Origin: Octopus bimaculoides
Taxonomy: Eukaryota
Direction: 5' to 3'
Assembly: GCF_001194135.2 (NCBI RefSeq)
Contig: NC_068985.1
Span: forward strand, 16,352,275 to 16,416,274
DNA: 64,000 nt
The position numbers and the translations under genes are program-made. This document shows, in pieces, positions 13,497 to 26,439 of the stretch. The notes under the pieces are model-generated. The model saw nothing but the letters and a program-made list of their open reading frames with translations, was not told the origin of the DNA and ran no database searches. Within the stretch, counting starts at the first letter, position 1; each line of letters opens with the position of its first letter.

Positions 13497-14054
13497 AAAT
13501 CACCGAAATGTGAAAACTACCGACCCTCCCATCTGTTATAACTTTTGTTGTTCTGTTTAATATGTACATAGATTATGCCTCCGTTTAAAAAGACAGCAAC
13601 AGACTGCAGCAATTCACCACATTCCAGAAGTTACTTTAAACATAATGCAAACGGTGCATCNNNNNNNNNNNNNNNNNNNNNNNNNNNNNNNNNNNNNNNN
13701 NNNNNNNNNNNNNNNNNNNNNNNNNNNNNNNNNNNNNNNNNNNNNNNNNNNNNNNNNNNNNNNNNNNNNNNNNNNNNNNNNNNNNNNNNNNNNNNNNNNN
13801 NNNNNNNNNNNNNNNNNNNNNNNNNNNNNNNNNNNNNNNNNNNNNNNNNNNNNNNNNNNNNNNNNNNNNNNNNNNNNNNNNNNNNNNNNNNNNNNNNNNN
13901 NNNNNNNNNNNNNNNNNNNNNNNNNNNNNNNNNNNNNNNNNNNNNNNNNNNNNNNNNNNNNNNNNNNNNNNNNNNNNNNNNNNNNNNNNNNNNNNNNNNN
14001 NNNNNNNNNNNNNNNNNNNNNNNNNNNNNNNNNNNNNNNNNNNNNNNNAGTCTT

Positions 14055-14177
14055 GAGTGGTCGATCCTAACCCTATCCCTAACCCTAACCCTAACCCTAA
14101 CCTTATCCCTAACCCTATCCCTAACCCGCGTGTGCAAATGAATACGTGTTTAGGGTTAGGGTTAGGATCGACCACTC
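14055..14177. mobile_element. Foldback element with (CCCTAA)n...(TTAGGG)n interior
   Basis: Inverted repeat gagtggtcgatcctaaccct / agggttaggatcgaccactc. Confidence 0.75.
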
Positions 14178-16344
14178 ACGACTAGCTAGCGCGGACGCGC
14201 GACTGCGCGTTCGGGTCCGCGCTGCTTTAGTAGTACCCTGCTAGTCTTTCGATAAAATAAGTACTAATTGAGCAATGGGGTCGATATAATCGATTTGCGC
14301 CCTTCTAAATTGTTGGCCTTGTGCCAAAATTTGAAATTAATGTATCACAGTGTATCAGAAATACACGATTATATTCCATTTTCATCATTATATGCAAGCA
14401 GCATAGCTGTCACTCGCAAATGAGTGACAGCTGGTAGCATGAGCAATGCTTTTCATTAACTGTTTTAGGCGTCTATGAAGTCACGAGCAGATATAGACGC
14501 CCTCTCGGATCGTCCCACTTTTGACTCAGTGGAACCTTGTGAATATGACAGTCGGTGAGTGAGAGAACTGCACCAGCACTAAGGAATACTCATTTTCAGC
14601 TGAGTAGAAAGGAGCAACGTGAAACGTAATAACGTAGCTGGGAGGGAGGAGCGGTCCACCGCAGGTGATACCATTATAGAGGCGGCACTTTAAGGTCTGC
14701 GGTACTGCTGTACAATCCTGCATAGGCAAGAGGTCCGGAGGGGACAGCAAACTCAAGAGTAGTCCCAGGTGGTACACACTCTAGCTATGCCATTGAGGAA
14801 CCGGTATGACAACACAACGTGTTACCTGGTCTAAGAATCAAACTCTTGGTTTTTGATCATTAACCAACATCCTAACCACTAAGCCACGCATCTTCACATG
14901 ATCAATATGTACAAAGCATATTTATACAAACCTGTGGTGTAGCGTAGGTTTTGGCTGCCTTGTGCTGTTGCCAAATTGCCTGCCATCTTTCTTAAACGCT
15001 ACAAAGTTTCGACTACAACCGCATAAATACATAAAGTGGTCGCTCTGTGCTGGCCGCACATCCACACACCCCATACACCACGATATGTCACTGCTGCAAA
15101 GCGTAAAGGCACTAACAACTTAAGCAGTCGTCCGGGCTATCATGTGTTTAGTGGTGTCACATCATGTGTTTAGAGTAATCACAGATAAGCAAATGGAAAA
15201 CACGAAAATAGAAAATGAAATAAAGTATCGTATTGGTATATTTAGTAGATTATAAAATCACTTTACTTCTACATTCGCAGTTTTCTCTTTGTAACAAATT
15301 AAATTTAACAAGTCAAGGAGCCGAAAGTTGCTTTATCCAGTACACCTATAACCCTAAGGTTAGTTATGCTTAGTGATAAATTCAATCACATGAGGGATAA
15401 AGTTACCAAATAACAGGGTTAAAATTTAAGTGAAATTTAATCCAGCCAATACTAACAGTGGATTTCTGTGTACACTAAATACTGTAACGATTGCGATGAG
15501 AAAGAGTATTTTAAACAGTTTCATCTAAACGAAGGTTCTTTTTTACTATTCAAGTGCTAGCTGTGCTTTCAGAACTCACAAAGCTCATAAACCAGTCACA
15601 TTAGTAGTTAAAAGTCACAAGTAAAGAGTATATGGAATTACTATAATGCAGGCTTAAATGTTATTTTGTCAGTTAATTGTTGTATGATACATTAGAGACA
15701 AATATATTTAAGCAAAATGAGTGCATATGAGAAACGGGTATGAATGGTAAAGGAAATTTGATTGAATTTGATCGTGACGCCCAAATGAAGTATTTTATGG
15801 AAATCTCCAGTTAATGAAATCCAATTAGTTTCTGTGATACGTCATAGATACACAATAATGAATAATGTTAGGGGGAAATAAAAGAAGCCTTAGGGGTGGC
15901 AGTGGGGAATCATTCGCCCGCATACACAAAATAAGCGTTACTCTAGCATGCCCTTCGATAGATTACTAAAACGATTTAAAGAACTATGGTTACACGTGCT
16001 ATGGGGAGAACGGTCGCATTGAGGTTCGAACCTTGATCTGTCATTAGAGTTGTAGGTTTAGCCCTAAGTCAACACTCACTTTGCAAATCTATTTGTACTC
16101 AACTCGATATTTTTAGATATCTAGGACTACATTATTTTATGTATACGACCTATTAAGGTAGTACGGTGTGATTAGAGAGTGAGAGAGAGAGAGAGATTTG
16201 GTTGATATTTCTAGCACCGCAATCGACCACAGCTCGTTTGCTTAGGGGAAGTAATTCATTCATAATTTTTCAGAGGCGTCATTTTCTGACAATATTTGAG
16301 GTGTTAAAAAGAGACAATGTATCAGGTGTGATTAATATATGTAG

Positions 16345-16500
16345 TAATTAAGGCGACGAGCTGCCAGACTCGTTAGCACGCCGGACAAAATGTTTAGCGG
16401 CATTTCATCTGTCTTTATGTTCTGAGTTAAAATTTCGCCGAGGTCAAAGTAATCCCTTAACCCTCCCCGAATTTGCTGGCCCTGCCAAAATTTGAACCCA
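16345..16500 (+). mobile_element. SINE family A
   Basis: ggcgacgagctgccagactcgttagcacgccgg...gttctgagttaaaatttcgccgaggtc. Confidence 0.85.
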
Positions 16501-16519
16501 ATATGTGCCATGACTGTGT

Positions 16520-16550
<31 letters not shown>

Positions 16551-17124
16551 NNNNNNNNNNNNNNNNNNNNNNNNNNNNNNNNNNNNNNNNNNNNNNNNNN
16601 NNNNNNNNNNNNNNNNNNNNNNNNNNNNNNNNNNNNNNNNNNNNNNNNNNATATATATAAGAAATGGAGTTAAATTCAGGTGTTCAAATCTTTAAAGTAA
16701 CTGTAATTAGTGAAACGTAATGACGCTTTTGATTTCACTCAAATTTAAATGTATACTCATCTCTTTAGATTCTAACTCTCCCACGAAAAAGAATTCTATA
16801 TGGAACTTCCTCTATTTACCCACCTCTTTACATTCTAACTCTTTTATGAAAAAAATTCTGTGTGGAACTTCTATTTGCTGCCGATAAAATATAATATAGT
16901 GAATGACGGTAAGGAGTTGGAGCACTCGTATAATTTGGAGTTAGGCTTATCTTTCAAAATTTTTAAATGTTCAGCTATCTTCGTCGTTTTTCTTTTTTCT
17001 AACTATAGCTGAGCTGACGCTTTAAGTTCAACTCGTTGTGAGGAAGAATGACTAGAATGTATTTCAAGTTACCTCGTAATAGACAAATAGGTAGCAATAT
17101 CCTGTCAACTCAGAAGCAATGGTT

Positions 17125-17400
17125 TCACAGTTTGGCACAAGGCCAGGAATTTTATGGAGTGTGGAAGTCAGTCGATTACATCAACCCCCAGTACTAGACA
17201 AGTACTTTATTTTATGAACTCAGAAAGTATGAAAGGCAAAGCTGACCTCGGCCGGCTTTTAAGAAATGCCGTTTAGTATTTTGTTTATCTGCTCATCGCC
17301 TTAACGGCAAATTGGTCCTGGTAGGCTTTGAACTCAGAACTTAAAGAACTGCAATTAAATACCATAAGGCATTTTGTCTGACGCTCTAACAATTCTGACA
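17125..17400 (-). mobile_element. Decayed SINE family A copies
   Basis: gtcgattacatcaaccccc...gaaaggcaaagctgacctcggc and a second tttgaactcagaac. Confidence 0.7.
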
Positions 17401-17879
17401 ACCCAACCACCCTTTTTCGTCAGCTCAGAAATAAGGACAAATGAAATAGCAATGATGGCTTCTTTTCCCCACTGAAAAATAAAAGTTCATCATCGCTAGA
17501 CACATTAGATTGGGAACCTTTGCCCATCAAGCTCTGGAAATCGATCGTTCTTGGGTTTTTAATCCCCTAAAACTCCCAACCCTGAAACTCATATCTTCTA
17601 TAATGCTGTCCCAAACCACCTTTCGTCTAAAGTGACAATATTTAACTTTTTACCCAGTATAAATCATTGGGTATGCTGTCAATTAGACAAGCAACTTTGT
17701 CCAATCTGAAAACCATATTGTGTATTATCTAAGAAGTTGTTTTTCTCAAAGTACGTATTTATTCTTTTTAGGACATTGCGTTCCACAATTTAAGATGCGT
17801 GAGATGTAAGAAAAACAGCTCTGTAATTTTTAGCTTCAGTCTTGCTACCTCTCTTAAGTATAGGTGTTACTATCGTTGT

Positions 17880-18480
17880 TTCTGAGAATATGCCGGTATC
17901 TAGCGACTTTTGAAATAGTATTTTTAATGGCTCGGCGAGGGTTTTTTTTTCTTCTTCTTTGTACGTTTTTAGTAATAAAAGGGGTGCACAAAGTATCGGG
18001 TTCTGAAGTACTTGAGTGTGCTGCTGTGGATGGAATTGAAACTGAAATTCATCAACACAGACTTCGCTGGACTGGCTTTCTTATAAAGGAACTTGATCAA
18101 CGCACGCCAAAGCGACAGTTATATAGTCAGATAAAGGAGCAGATAGCTCTCAATGCAAACCAAAATTGCATTTCAAAGATTTAATTAGTAGCTCTGTAAA
18201 GAGTGTCAATATGACGCATGAAAACTGGGAGAGTGATGCAATAGAATGACCAAGATGGAGGATCCGACAAGGTGCTACCTTGTCTGAAGATAATAAGCAG
18301 AAACATGCACTGATAAAAAGAGAGGCAATAAAGGGTTTGCTTGTGGCCAATGTTCCTTCTCTCCAAACTTATGATGCCTGCAACCGTAACTGTCTCTCCC
18401 AAGCTGGGCTAATAAGTCATAAACAGAAGCACATATACGGACCCTCTATACTCACTTTTCACAGTAACAGTCTGATGGAT
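17880..18480 (+). mobile_element. RTE-clade LINE 3' fragment
   Basis: HQHRLRWTGFLIK...RTPKRQLYSQIK, HENWES, and terminal CNRNCLSQAGLISHKQKH (C2H2-like), typical of RTE ORF C-termini. Confidence 0.75.
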
Positions 18481-19059
18481 TAGCTTGCTTTGTTTGCAAT
18501 AAGACCTGCAGAAGTAAATCTGGGTTGACAAAGCGCAAGAAATGCTACAAGAATTTCCGTCAGTCTTTACAACGAAACCAAGCAATTTCATGTCGTCTGT
18601 GCATAAAATTTTGTAAGTTTCTTGCTGGACTAAAGAGTTATTTTTGGTCACACAACAAGCAAACTGTCTCTAACCACCTTGTAATGTTAAATTGTAAACA
18701 TTCACTTCCATCCATATTGCTCGCGAGTTTATGTGTTGTTGGTTTTTAACTAGTTTGATGCTTATGTGTATGTACTCTGTCAGTGCTGGTGTTGAGAAGC
18801 TTCATACTCGACGAACGAGTCGATAGCCATCATATATATATATATATATATATCAGGCGCAAAGGATCTATCTGCATACCTTACTATCTTTCCGCGATAA
18901 ATAATTTTAGTGTAATATATAATTGATAACTTTCGCTAGATTCATTGTAGTCATACTTTCATTTCGCATTCCTTCATTTCTTAGTATAAAGTGGTCAACA
19001 GAAAGAAAAGGAAAGGGAAGTAATTTTTGTACTGCTTGCTTTCAGTCATAGTGATACTC

Positions 19060-19186
19060 TTTTACTCTTTTACTTGTTTCAGTTTTTTGACTGCGGCCAT
19101 GCTGGAGCCTTTAATCGAGAAAATCGACCCCAGGACTTAAACACACCACCATCGGTTGTCAAGCGATGTTGGGGGGACAAACATAT

Positions 19187-19254
<68 letters not shown>

Positions 19255-19300
19255 ATGTACGAAAAAACAACAACAGACGAGGACAGGTGGTGTAAATAAC
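19060..19300 (-). mobile_element. SINE family B 3' part with internal (TA)n
   Basis: ttactcttttacttgtttcag...tgactgcggccatgctggagc...aatcgaccccaggac; same family as 48405-48970. Confidence 0.8.
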
Positions 19301-19734
19301 AAAAGGATGTATTAATATATATATATATGCCAGTGCTTTAAAATTTGATTTTAAACATTCAAGATTATCTAAGAAAGGTTACGTAAAAAAGTAAGCTAGC
19401 ACCTAAATTACCTATTAGCATAAAGCTCCGATTCATTTACAAAGATTATGACCCAGTAGAATTTCTCAGGATAGCAAAATTAGTCCAGTTTTCTCTCCAT
19501 TTTCCCCAATTTTAAAACACATAAGAATATCATCATTCTCGAAAAAAAGAAACCAAAGAGAGTCAAAACTATTGAAAAAGTTGCAAGATGCAACGAAAAT
19601 TTTAGAAAAATAAAGAAGGAAATGAGTGGAAATTTTACTGGTGAGTGTGTTAAATTATCAGGCACTAAAAGAGACTGTCTCTCCCCAGACATAACAGAAA
19701 CCAAAGCTTAAGCTGAAAATCAAAACCGTGTGTG

Positions 19735-21030
19735 TGTAAGTCAAAAATTATCCACACTTTCGCCAAAACTTTCTTTAGACAGACCGTACTATCTTTCAGC
19801 GTTGACGTGCTAAAAGGTAGTACTCTTGCGGTTACGTGACCGACGTTTGATCTTGATCGCTCCAGTTTTCTTTCTTATGTTACAGAGTATGCATGGTCGC
19901 ATTACTGGCAGTGTGCACCGAGGAAGAACAGAGATCAGTGATCTGATTTCTCTAGTCTGAAGGTGTGCAAAGAGCTGAAATTCATAGCAAGCTTCTAATA
20001 CAATACATGAATAGCGCTCTACCATGTAGAAGTGTGTACGAGTGGATCAAGATGTTAAGGTATGACCGGACAAGCGGGAAGTCAGAAGAGGGAGCAGGAC
20101 GTCCATCTACCTTCACCACTGACGTGAAGATTCAACAAGCTTGAGAGGGGATCTTGGCGAACCGACAAATGACCGTCGATGAGGTGGCATGTTCTCTGCA
20201 AATTAATTATGGCTCTGCATACGGAATCATCCACGACAAGCTTTGCTTTCGGAAAGTCTGTGCAAGATGGGTGCCAAGAGAGCTTACCGAAGCGCTTAAG
20301 TGCAATCGTGTGGAGATCTGTCAACACTAACTCAACCGCTACAACGATGAAGGCGAAGTTTTTTTCGAGAGAATAGTCGCAAGAAATGTGACCTGGCTTC
20401 ATCACTTTGACCCAGAATCCAAAAGGCAGAGTATGGAGCGGAAACACCCGGAATTACAAGAGAAAAAAAATTCAAGCCTCTACCTTCCTCCGAAAAAGTG
20501 ATGCTAACCGTGATTTGGGACGCAAAAGGGCCTATACTGGAACGTTACCTGGAAAAGAAGTCTACAGTCACCAGTGTAGGCTACAGTGAAATGCTGGCCA
20601 GCAAAGTGAAACCAGCAATTCGCACAAAACGATGAGGTCTTTTGTCAAATCAAATGTTATTGTTGCACGACAATGCACGCCTACATACGGCCACTCACAA
20701 CGTTGAAACCATTGAAAAATTGGATTACGAGTGCCGGAACCCCCTGCATGCAGTCCATATCTCGTCCATTCTGTCTACAACCTCGTCCGACCATTCAAAC
20801 ATTCTTTAGAAGGTCGTTGATTTGCTACAGAAGTGCAGGAAGCAGTGCATAAATGGCCTCGTAACCAGCCGAAAACATTCTTCGCCGATGAAATAAGCAA
20901 GCTTGTGGACTGCTGAAAGAATTCCATCGTAAAACCAGGAGACTATGTAGAAAACTGATGTAACTGTTCAATCCTCAGGTTTTGTTTTAATAAATTACAG
21001 AAACAAAAGTGTGCATAATTTTTGATATTC
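19735..21030 (+). mobile_element. mariner transposon, decayed transposase
   Basis: TIRs aagtcaaaaattatccacact (19738) / agtgtgcataatttttgatatt (21008). RKVCARWVPRELT and HDNAR motifs, interrupted by stops and frameshifts. Confidence 0.88.
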
Positions 21031-22299
21031 ATTACATAGTGAAAGAGAGGGAGAGTGACAGAGAGACAGAGAATTTCTAAGTCGGTTCACAAACAAAAAT
21101 TAGAGTATTTAATACGTTAAGTGGATATATTTAATATAGCTGATGAATATGACAATTTTCCCATGATTTTAACGAAATTTTTGACACGAAGTATAATGAA
21201 TGAATATTATGGAGCATTAGTTTCCTTTATTTTAGCGCACAAAATAAATGCTAATATTTGTTCTGCAAAAATGTTGACATCTAAATTAATATTTAGAAAC
21301 AAGATTGTATTTCAAACAAAAATGAGAAAAGATGTTCACATATTTAAGCAAAAAAAAAAAAGCATACAAAAAAAGAAAGAAAACATTTGACTACTTTTGA
21401 ACATAACTTAAATAATATGACCTGAAATGAAATTTTGTAAGAAATGTATTGGTTTAAATTAATTACAAAATGAAATTTACTAGTATGTCTTTACAGTTTT
21501 AAATGGAAAAAGTTTTGTTCAAATTTGAGTCACAAAATATCTAAGAATTTGTGGCTTTTTTGGGTAACATGAGTAGATCAAATATGAAATTCCAATGTGT
21601 AAATGTTTGGAATGCGTAATTATGAATAAAATTTTTTTCAGACAATTACATTCTTCTAAAGAGATGAAAATTTGATTTACGGTATTTTCATCTAAACTAA
21701 TTTTCAAGTAATTTTATTGTTGATCGTCAACTGGTGTCTTATCTCTAGCCATGGTCTCTGACAGGATTCAAACTAAGAACCTCTTTTACTAAACTGAAGA
21801 AAGAAAGAATCCTTGTTCGAATGCAATCTGATTAATAGTCCCAAAAATTATAATTCTACCATATACTATGTGTTTATAGTTTCATTCATGTTTTAAAGTA
21901 TATTTTCATATAGGGTCCTTTGAATCATTCGCGGAAAAAGTGATGGTATCTAGTAGAAAAGACAGCATTCAGCTTCGTTGAAAAGTAGAGTTTTTCGATA
22001 GTTCAGAATCAACATACAAAATGTCCCACAACGTACGAACTTCTAAATTTCTTCACAAGTTTATATAATAAGACGGTGAAATGGTCATATTATCTGTAAC
22101 AGGGTTCAAATATCAGTGATGCCGTTATTTAGTTTCAGGTCAACCCTGATTGAGTAGTCATGATGAAAGGCGTTCCAGCGTTGATCATCTCATCAATTTA
22201 GATGCGTCTTGGACTTCTTTAGGTATATATAGTGTGTTTTGTTATTTTCTTTTTTCTTTTTCCACTTTTAAGCTGTTAGTGTGAGATTTGGGTGTTATT

Positions 22300-23144
22300 T
22301 CAATTTTGTCCAGGGATCACGTAAGGGCGTCGATGCTTGATCACATCATTAGCTGAAGATGTACTCGGTTGAACTCTCCTTCTCACTAATTTTTTCAATT
22401 CTTCTCTGAACAACCGACCGGTCAACATGTACAAAACAAAATGAAATGTATTGTCGAAATTTGAAAGTATTATCATCACGTATTTGATTGTCAAATCTTT
22501 GGCTACTTCCATTTCAAGTAAAGGAAATACGAAAGAAGGTGGAAGTGAACAAATCAGATACATTATATTTATGGCCAACACCAAGATAATATTGTCGTTA
22601 CTTTTCAGAGTTGACCATGATTTTGGACGGCGGCACAGAGTAATGATTATAGTAACAGTACATGTAATCCATGTCGGAAGTGAAAATATCTACTATGAAC
22701 GATATTAACAATTAAGAGAATAATAGCAATTCTAATAAGAGTAACAATTTGTGATTTCCAACCAAACTTTTTCATTCGGGCTGAGAACGGTCGTGATATA
22801 GCAAACATTCTCTGGGCGGAAATTGCAACGGTAATCCAAGAGCTGAGCTGACGTATGAAGAAAATTAAAAATTGAATATACTTGCACATTATTTCACTTA
22901 TTACTGATTCCTCCACAAGCATTTTTAATAGCATTTGGTGCGAACATGATACTACAATAATTAAGTCGTTTAAGCAGAACGCAATCAGAAAGATTCCGAT
23001 GTTTATGCTTCTTAGTCTTTTTCTGCAAAGCACTACCAACGATACTGTGTTACCAAAAATACCAATAACAAACATAACTATGGCACTGGTAACCGTCACA
23101 GGGTGCATTGATACCCTCATGTCGAGTGAAGAAACGTCATTCAT
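22300..23144 (-). pseudogene. Single-exon class A GPCR pseudogene (paralog 1), frameshifting deletion in ECL2/TM5
   Basis: ORF 22647-23144 gives TM1-TM4 (GIFGN, CLND, MC, AQRMF). A second frame gives TCTVTIIITLCRR...LAINIMYLICSLP...HFVLY..GRLFREELK. Against paralog 3, about 79 nt (most of TM5) is missing near 22655. Confidence 0.85.
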
Positions 23145-23452
23145 CTTTCACGGTTCGTATCCGGGTCTGGCACTAAATACTACTTTGTCGATATTTATAT
23201 ACCAAGAAACCGAAATTACTGAATGAAGAGCATCAGTCCATCTCGTGTGTGTGTGTGTGTGTGTGTATTTATATGTAAATATATATACACAAAAACGCAC
23301 ACGCACGTATGTAAATGTATATAAATATATATGTACAAAGTTATAATATTATACATAAATATACGTATGTGTATGTATGTGTGTATATACACACACAGAC
23401 ACAAATATGCATATATGTATGTTTATATTTATACATATAAATATATACAGTG

Positions 23453-23454
<2 letters not shown>

Positions 23455-23528
<74 letters not shown>
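23455..23528. repeat. (TA)n microsatellite within a TA/TG-rich low-complexity block
   Basis: Direct read. Confidence 0.95.
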
Positions 23529-23535
<7 letters not shown>

Positions 23536-24536
23536 TTATATATATGTATGAGCATGTAAGAACGACCGTGCGAACCAAAAGGAGAAATGGTGACGAATGG
23601 AAAAACAGGCTCCTTTATTAAACGCGTCACACGGTCGCCACAAAAATATCAAAAATGATAAATATGTTATAATTCTATAACATAGAGAACTTAGAAATGT
23701 GCCAGTAAGATACAAGATAGGACTCAACCGATAGAGATGTATAACTGTAAGATTTATTGGAGCATTAAACTGTATGTCTGTGTGTGAGTGAATATGCGAC
23801 ATAATAAAACACAGTATAAGACTGGCCGTCATGTAAACAAAAGAGTGTGTGCGAGTAATACACGTATGTGAATGTGAGAGATACAAGTATTGAAGTATTG
23901 ATAAGAGCCAGTAACACGTATTGCAATTTACCAGTTCTTAGTTAGAGTACACAGTGGTAAGTGTCTGTATATAAGAAGTTAAAGCGTTAGGGCAGAGCGA
24001 TCACTCGTCGTGATGGTAGGGCTTCAATGCCGGGCCGGGTTCTTGAATACAGATGTTCTTCGCAGGCTGGGTTCTTGTCTGTTAATTTTGTGGTGAGGCG
24101 ATTCACACAAACAGGGCTGAAAAGCTGCGGTTAGCTGTTGGTAGCTTGTGTACGTGTAGANNNNNNNNNNNNNNNNNNNNNNNNNNNNNNNNNNNNNNNN
24201 NNNNNNNNNNNNNNNNNNNNNNNNNNNNNNNNNNNNNNNNNNNNNNNNNNNNNNNNNNNNNNNNNNNNNNNNNNNNNNNNNNNNNNNNNNNNNNNNNNNN
24301 NNNNNNNNNNNNNNNNNNNNNNNNNNNNNNNNNNNNNNNNNNNNNNNNNNNNNNNNNNNNNNNNNNNNNNNNNNNNNNNNNNNNNNNNNNNNNNNNNNNN
24401 NNNNNNNNNNNNNNNNNNNNNNNNNNNNNNNNNNNNNNNNNNNNNNNNNNNNNNNNNNNNNNNNNNNNNNNNNNNNNNNNNNNNNNNNNNNNNNNNNNNN
24501 NNNNNNNNNNNNNNNNNNNNNNNNNNNNNNNNNNNN

Positions 24537-24591
<55 letters not shown>

Positions 24592-24634
24592 TACAAATAT
24601 ATGTAAATACATACGTATTTGAATGACTTGCGTG

Positions 24635-24667
<33 letters not shown>

Positions 24668-25034
24668 GCATGCATACACGTATGTGTGGTCGGGGAGTGT
24701 TTAAATACATGAAACTTCAAAAGGTAAAATGTTAGATTACTTAAACCCTATGGTCTGTAAAATATTATCGGATTATATATTCCTGCTTGATAATGATGTT
24801 GAAGAAAAATCAAGACTGTTTCTCAGTAAGTCATAAGCAGGATTAACGGCTTCCTTGGTGCCGCTAAATCCTTCCTTTCTTCGGACAAACATTCTATTAT
24901 TTAGATCTTGAATACGACTAATTATCAAATACATCTACATTTGCATTTGTGCAATAGATTTTATTTTATATTTAGATAAATTAATATCTTCAACTGTCCA
25001 ATGATACTTTAATAATAATAATAATAATAATAAT

Positions 25035-25185
25035 AAAATTGCACTACTGAGCACTGCACACATCCTACGCAAAACACTTTCAATACAGTAACCATAAGAG
25101 CACCACAGCAAACCACAGCACATACCCAAGGCGCACAGAGCTGCGCTCGGTAGTGAAGTGAAAGCACGTTATAAAAATAAAACTA

Positions 25186-25188
<3 letters not shown>
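25035..25188 (+). mobile_element. Very short 5'-truncated R4/Dong-clade insertion in (TAA)n
   Basis: Near-identical to the 3' end of 25381-26160 (KIALLSTAHILRKTLSIQ* + 3' UTR); (TAA)n on both sides. Confidence 0.85.
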
Positions 25189-25234
<46 letters not shown>

Positions 25235-25322
25235 GCAAAAACAGAAGTGTGCCATTGTTATCAATGGCACTTTTCTTTTTTTGCTTCTATACTTTCTGGG
25301 GGGTAACCTCAATCCTATTAAT

Positions 25323-25365
<43 letters not shown>

Positions 25366-25380
25366 TAATAATAATAATAA

Positions 25381-26160
25381 TAACAAGTAACTGTAGAATA
25401 TAACAAGTAACTGTAGAATATAACAAGTAACTGTAGAATATAACAAGTAACTGTAGAATAATAACAAGTAACTGTAGAATTATAACAAGTAACTGTAGAA
25501 TATGTGGAGATGGACAAGAAACAATAAATCATATTATCTCTGGCTGCCCAGTTTTGGCTAAGAAGGAATATAGTCACAGACACGACAGAGCTGGGACCTA
25601 TATACACTGGAAGCTATGCCAACACTATGGAATAACAACAGAAAAAAGATGGTATAAACACACGCCAGAAAAGGTCACAGAAAACGAGAAAGCAACCATA
25701 CTCTGGGATATGCCAATACACACAGATAGAGAAATTAAGGCAAATAGACCAGATATAGTTGTCAAAGATCATGAAGAAAAAAAATGCTTTCTAATTGATG
25801 TATCAATACCAGCAGATGACAACGTTTCCCTAAAAGAAATGGAAAAACTTTCAAAATACAAAGACCTGGAAATAGAGGTAACTCGAATGTGGAATCTAAA
25901 AACAGAAACAATTCCTATCATAGTAGGTGCTTTAGGTATAATAAAAAAATATTCAGACAAATGCATAACAAAAACACCAGGACTTAAAAATATATATAAC
26001 ATACAGAAAATTGCACTACTGGGCACTGCACACATCCTACGCAAAACACTTTCAATACAGTAACCATAAGAGCATCACAGCAAACCACAGCACATACCCA
26101 AGGCACACAGAGCTGCGCTCGGTAGTCAAGTGAAAGCACGTTATAAAAATAAAACTACTG
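25381..26160 (+). mobile_element. 5'-truncated R4/Dong-clade non-LTR element (CCHC finger + restriction-like endonuclease) in (TAA)n
   Basis: CRICGDGQETINHIISGC, RHD, RPDIVV...LIDVSIP...KLSKY (PD-D/ExK RLE). Open frame to the stop at 26063; flanked by TAA repeats. Confidence 0.92.
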
Positions 26161-26179
26161 AAGAATAATAATAATAATC

Positions 26180-26392
26180 CTTTCTGCTAGAGGCACAAGG
26201 CCTCAAATTTGTGGGGGAGGAGACTAGTCGATTACATCGATCCCAGTGTTTCACTGGTACTTTATCTATCGACCCCGAAAGGATGAAAGGCAAAGTCGAT
26301 CTCGGCGGAATTTGAACTCAGAACGAGGCGGCAGACGAAATACCGCCAAGCATTTCGCCCAGCGTTCTAACGATTCTGCCAGCTCGCTGCCT
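26180..26392 (-). mobile_element. SINE family A, full length, (TAA)n on both flanks
   Basis: Head ggcagcgagctggcagaatcgttag (A box) ... gagttcaaattcc (B box) on the minus strand. Confidence 0.9.
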
Positions 26393-26439
26393 TAATAATA
26401 ATAAGAAGAAGAAGACTGAAAGAGGAGGAAAAGTAACTA

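Noticed and set aside
8893-14177. Ancient telomere-telomere fusion site
   Set aside because: The orientation is (CCCTAA)n-(TTAGGG)n rather than (TTAGGG)n-(CCCTAA)n, the arrays are short, and most sit within inverted-repeat elements.
18280-18312. Hammerhead-like ctgaaga...gaaacatg
   Set aside because: No helix II, no NUH triplet, no helix I; it lies inside RTE coding sequence.
23185-23200. TATA-like tatataaat upstream of the paralog 1 ATG
   Set aside because: Common by chance in this AT-rich DNA and not conserved upstream of the other paralogs.
25381-25502. CRISPR-like direct repeat array
   Set aside because: No spacers, eukaryotic context, and the unit is retroelement coding sequence.
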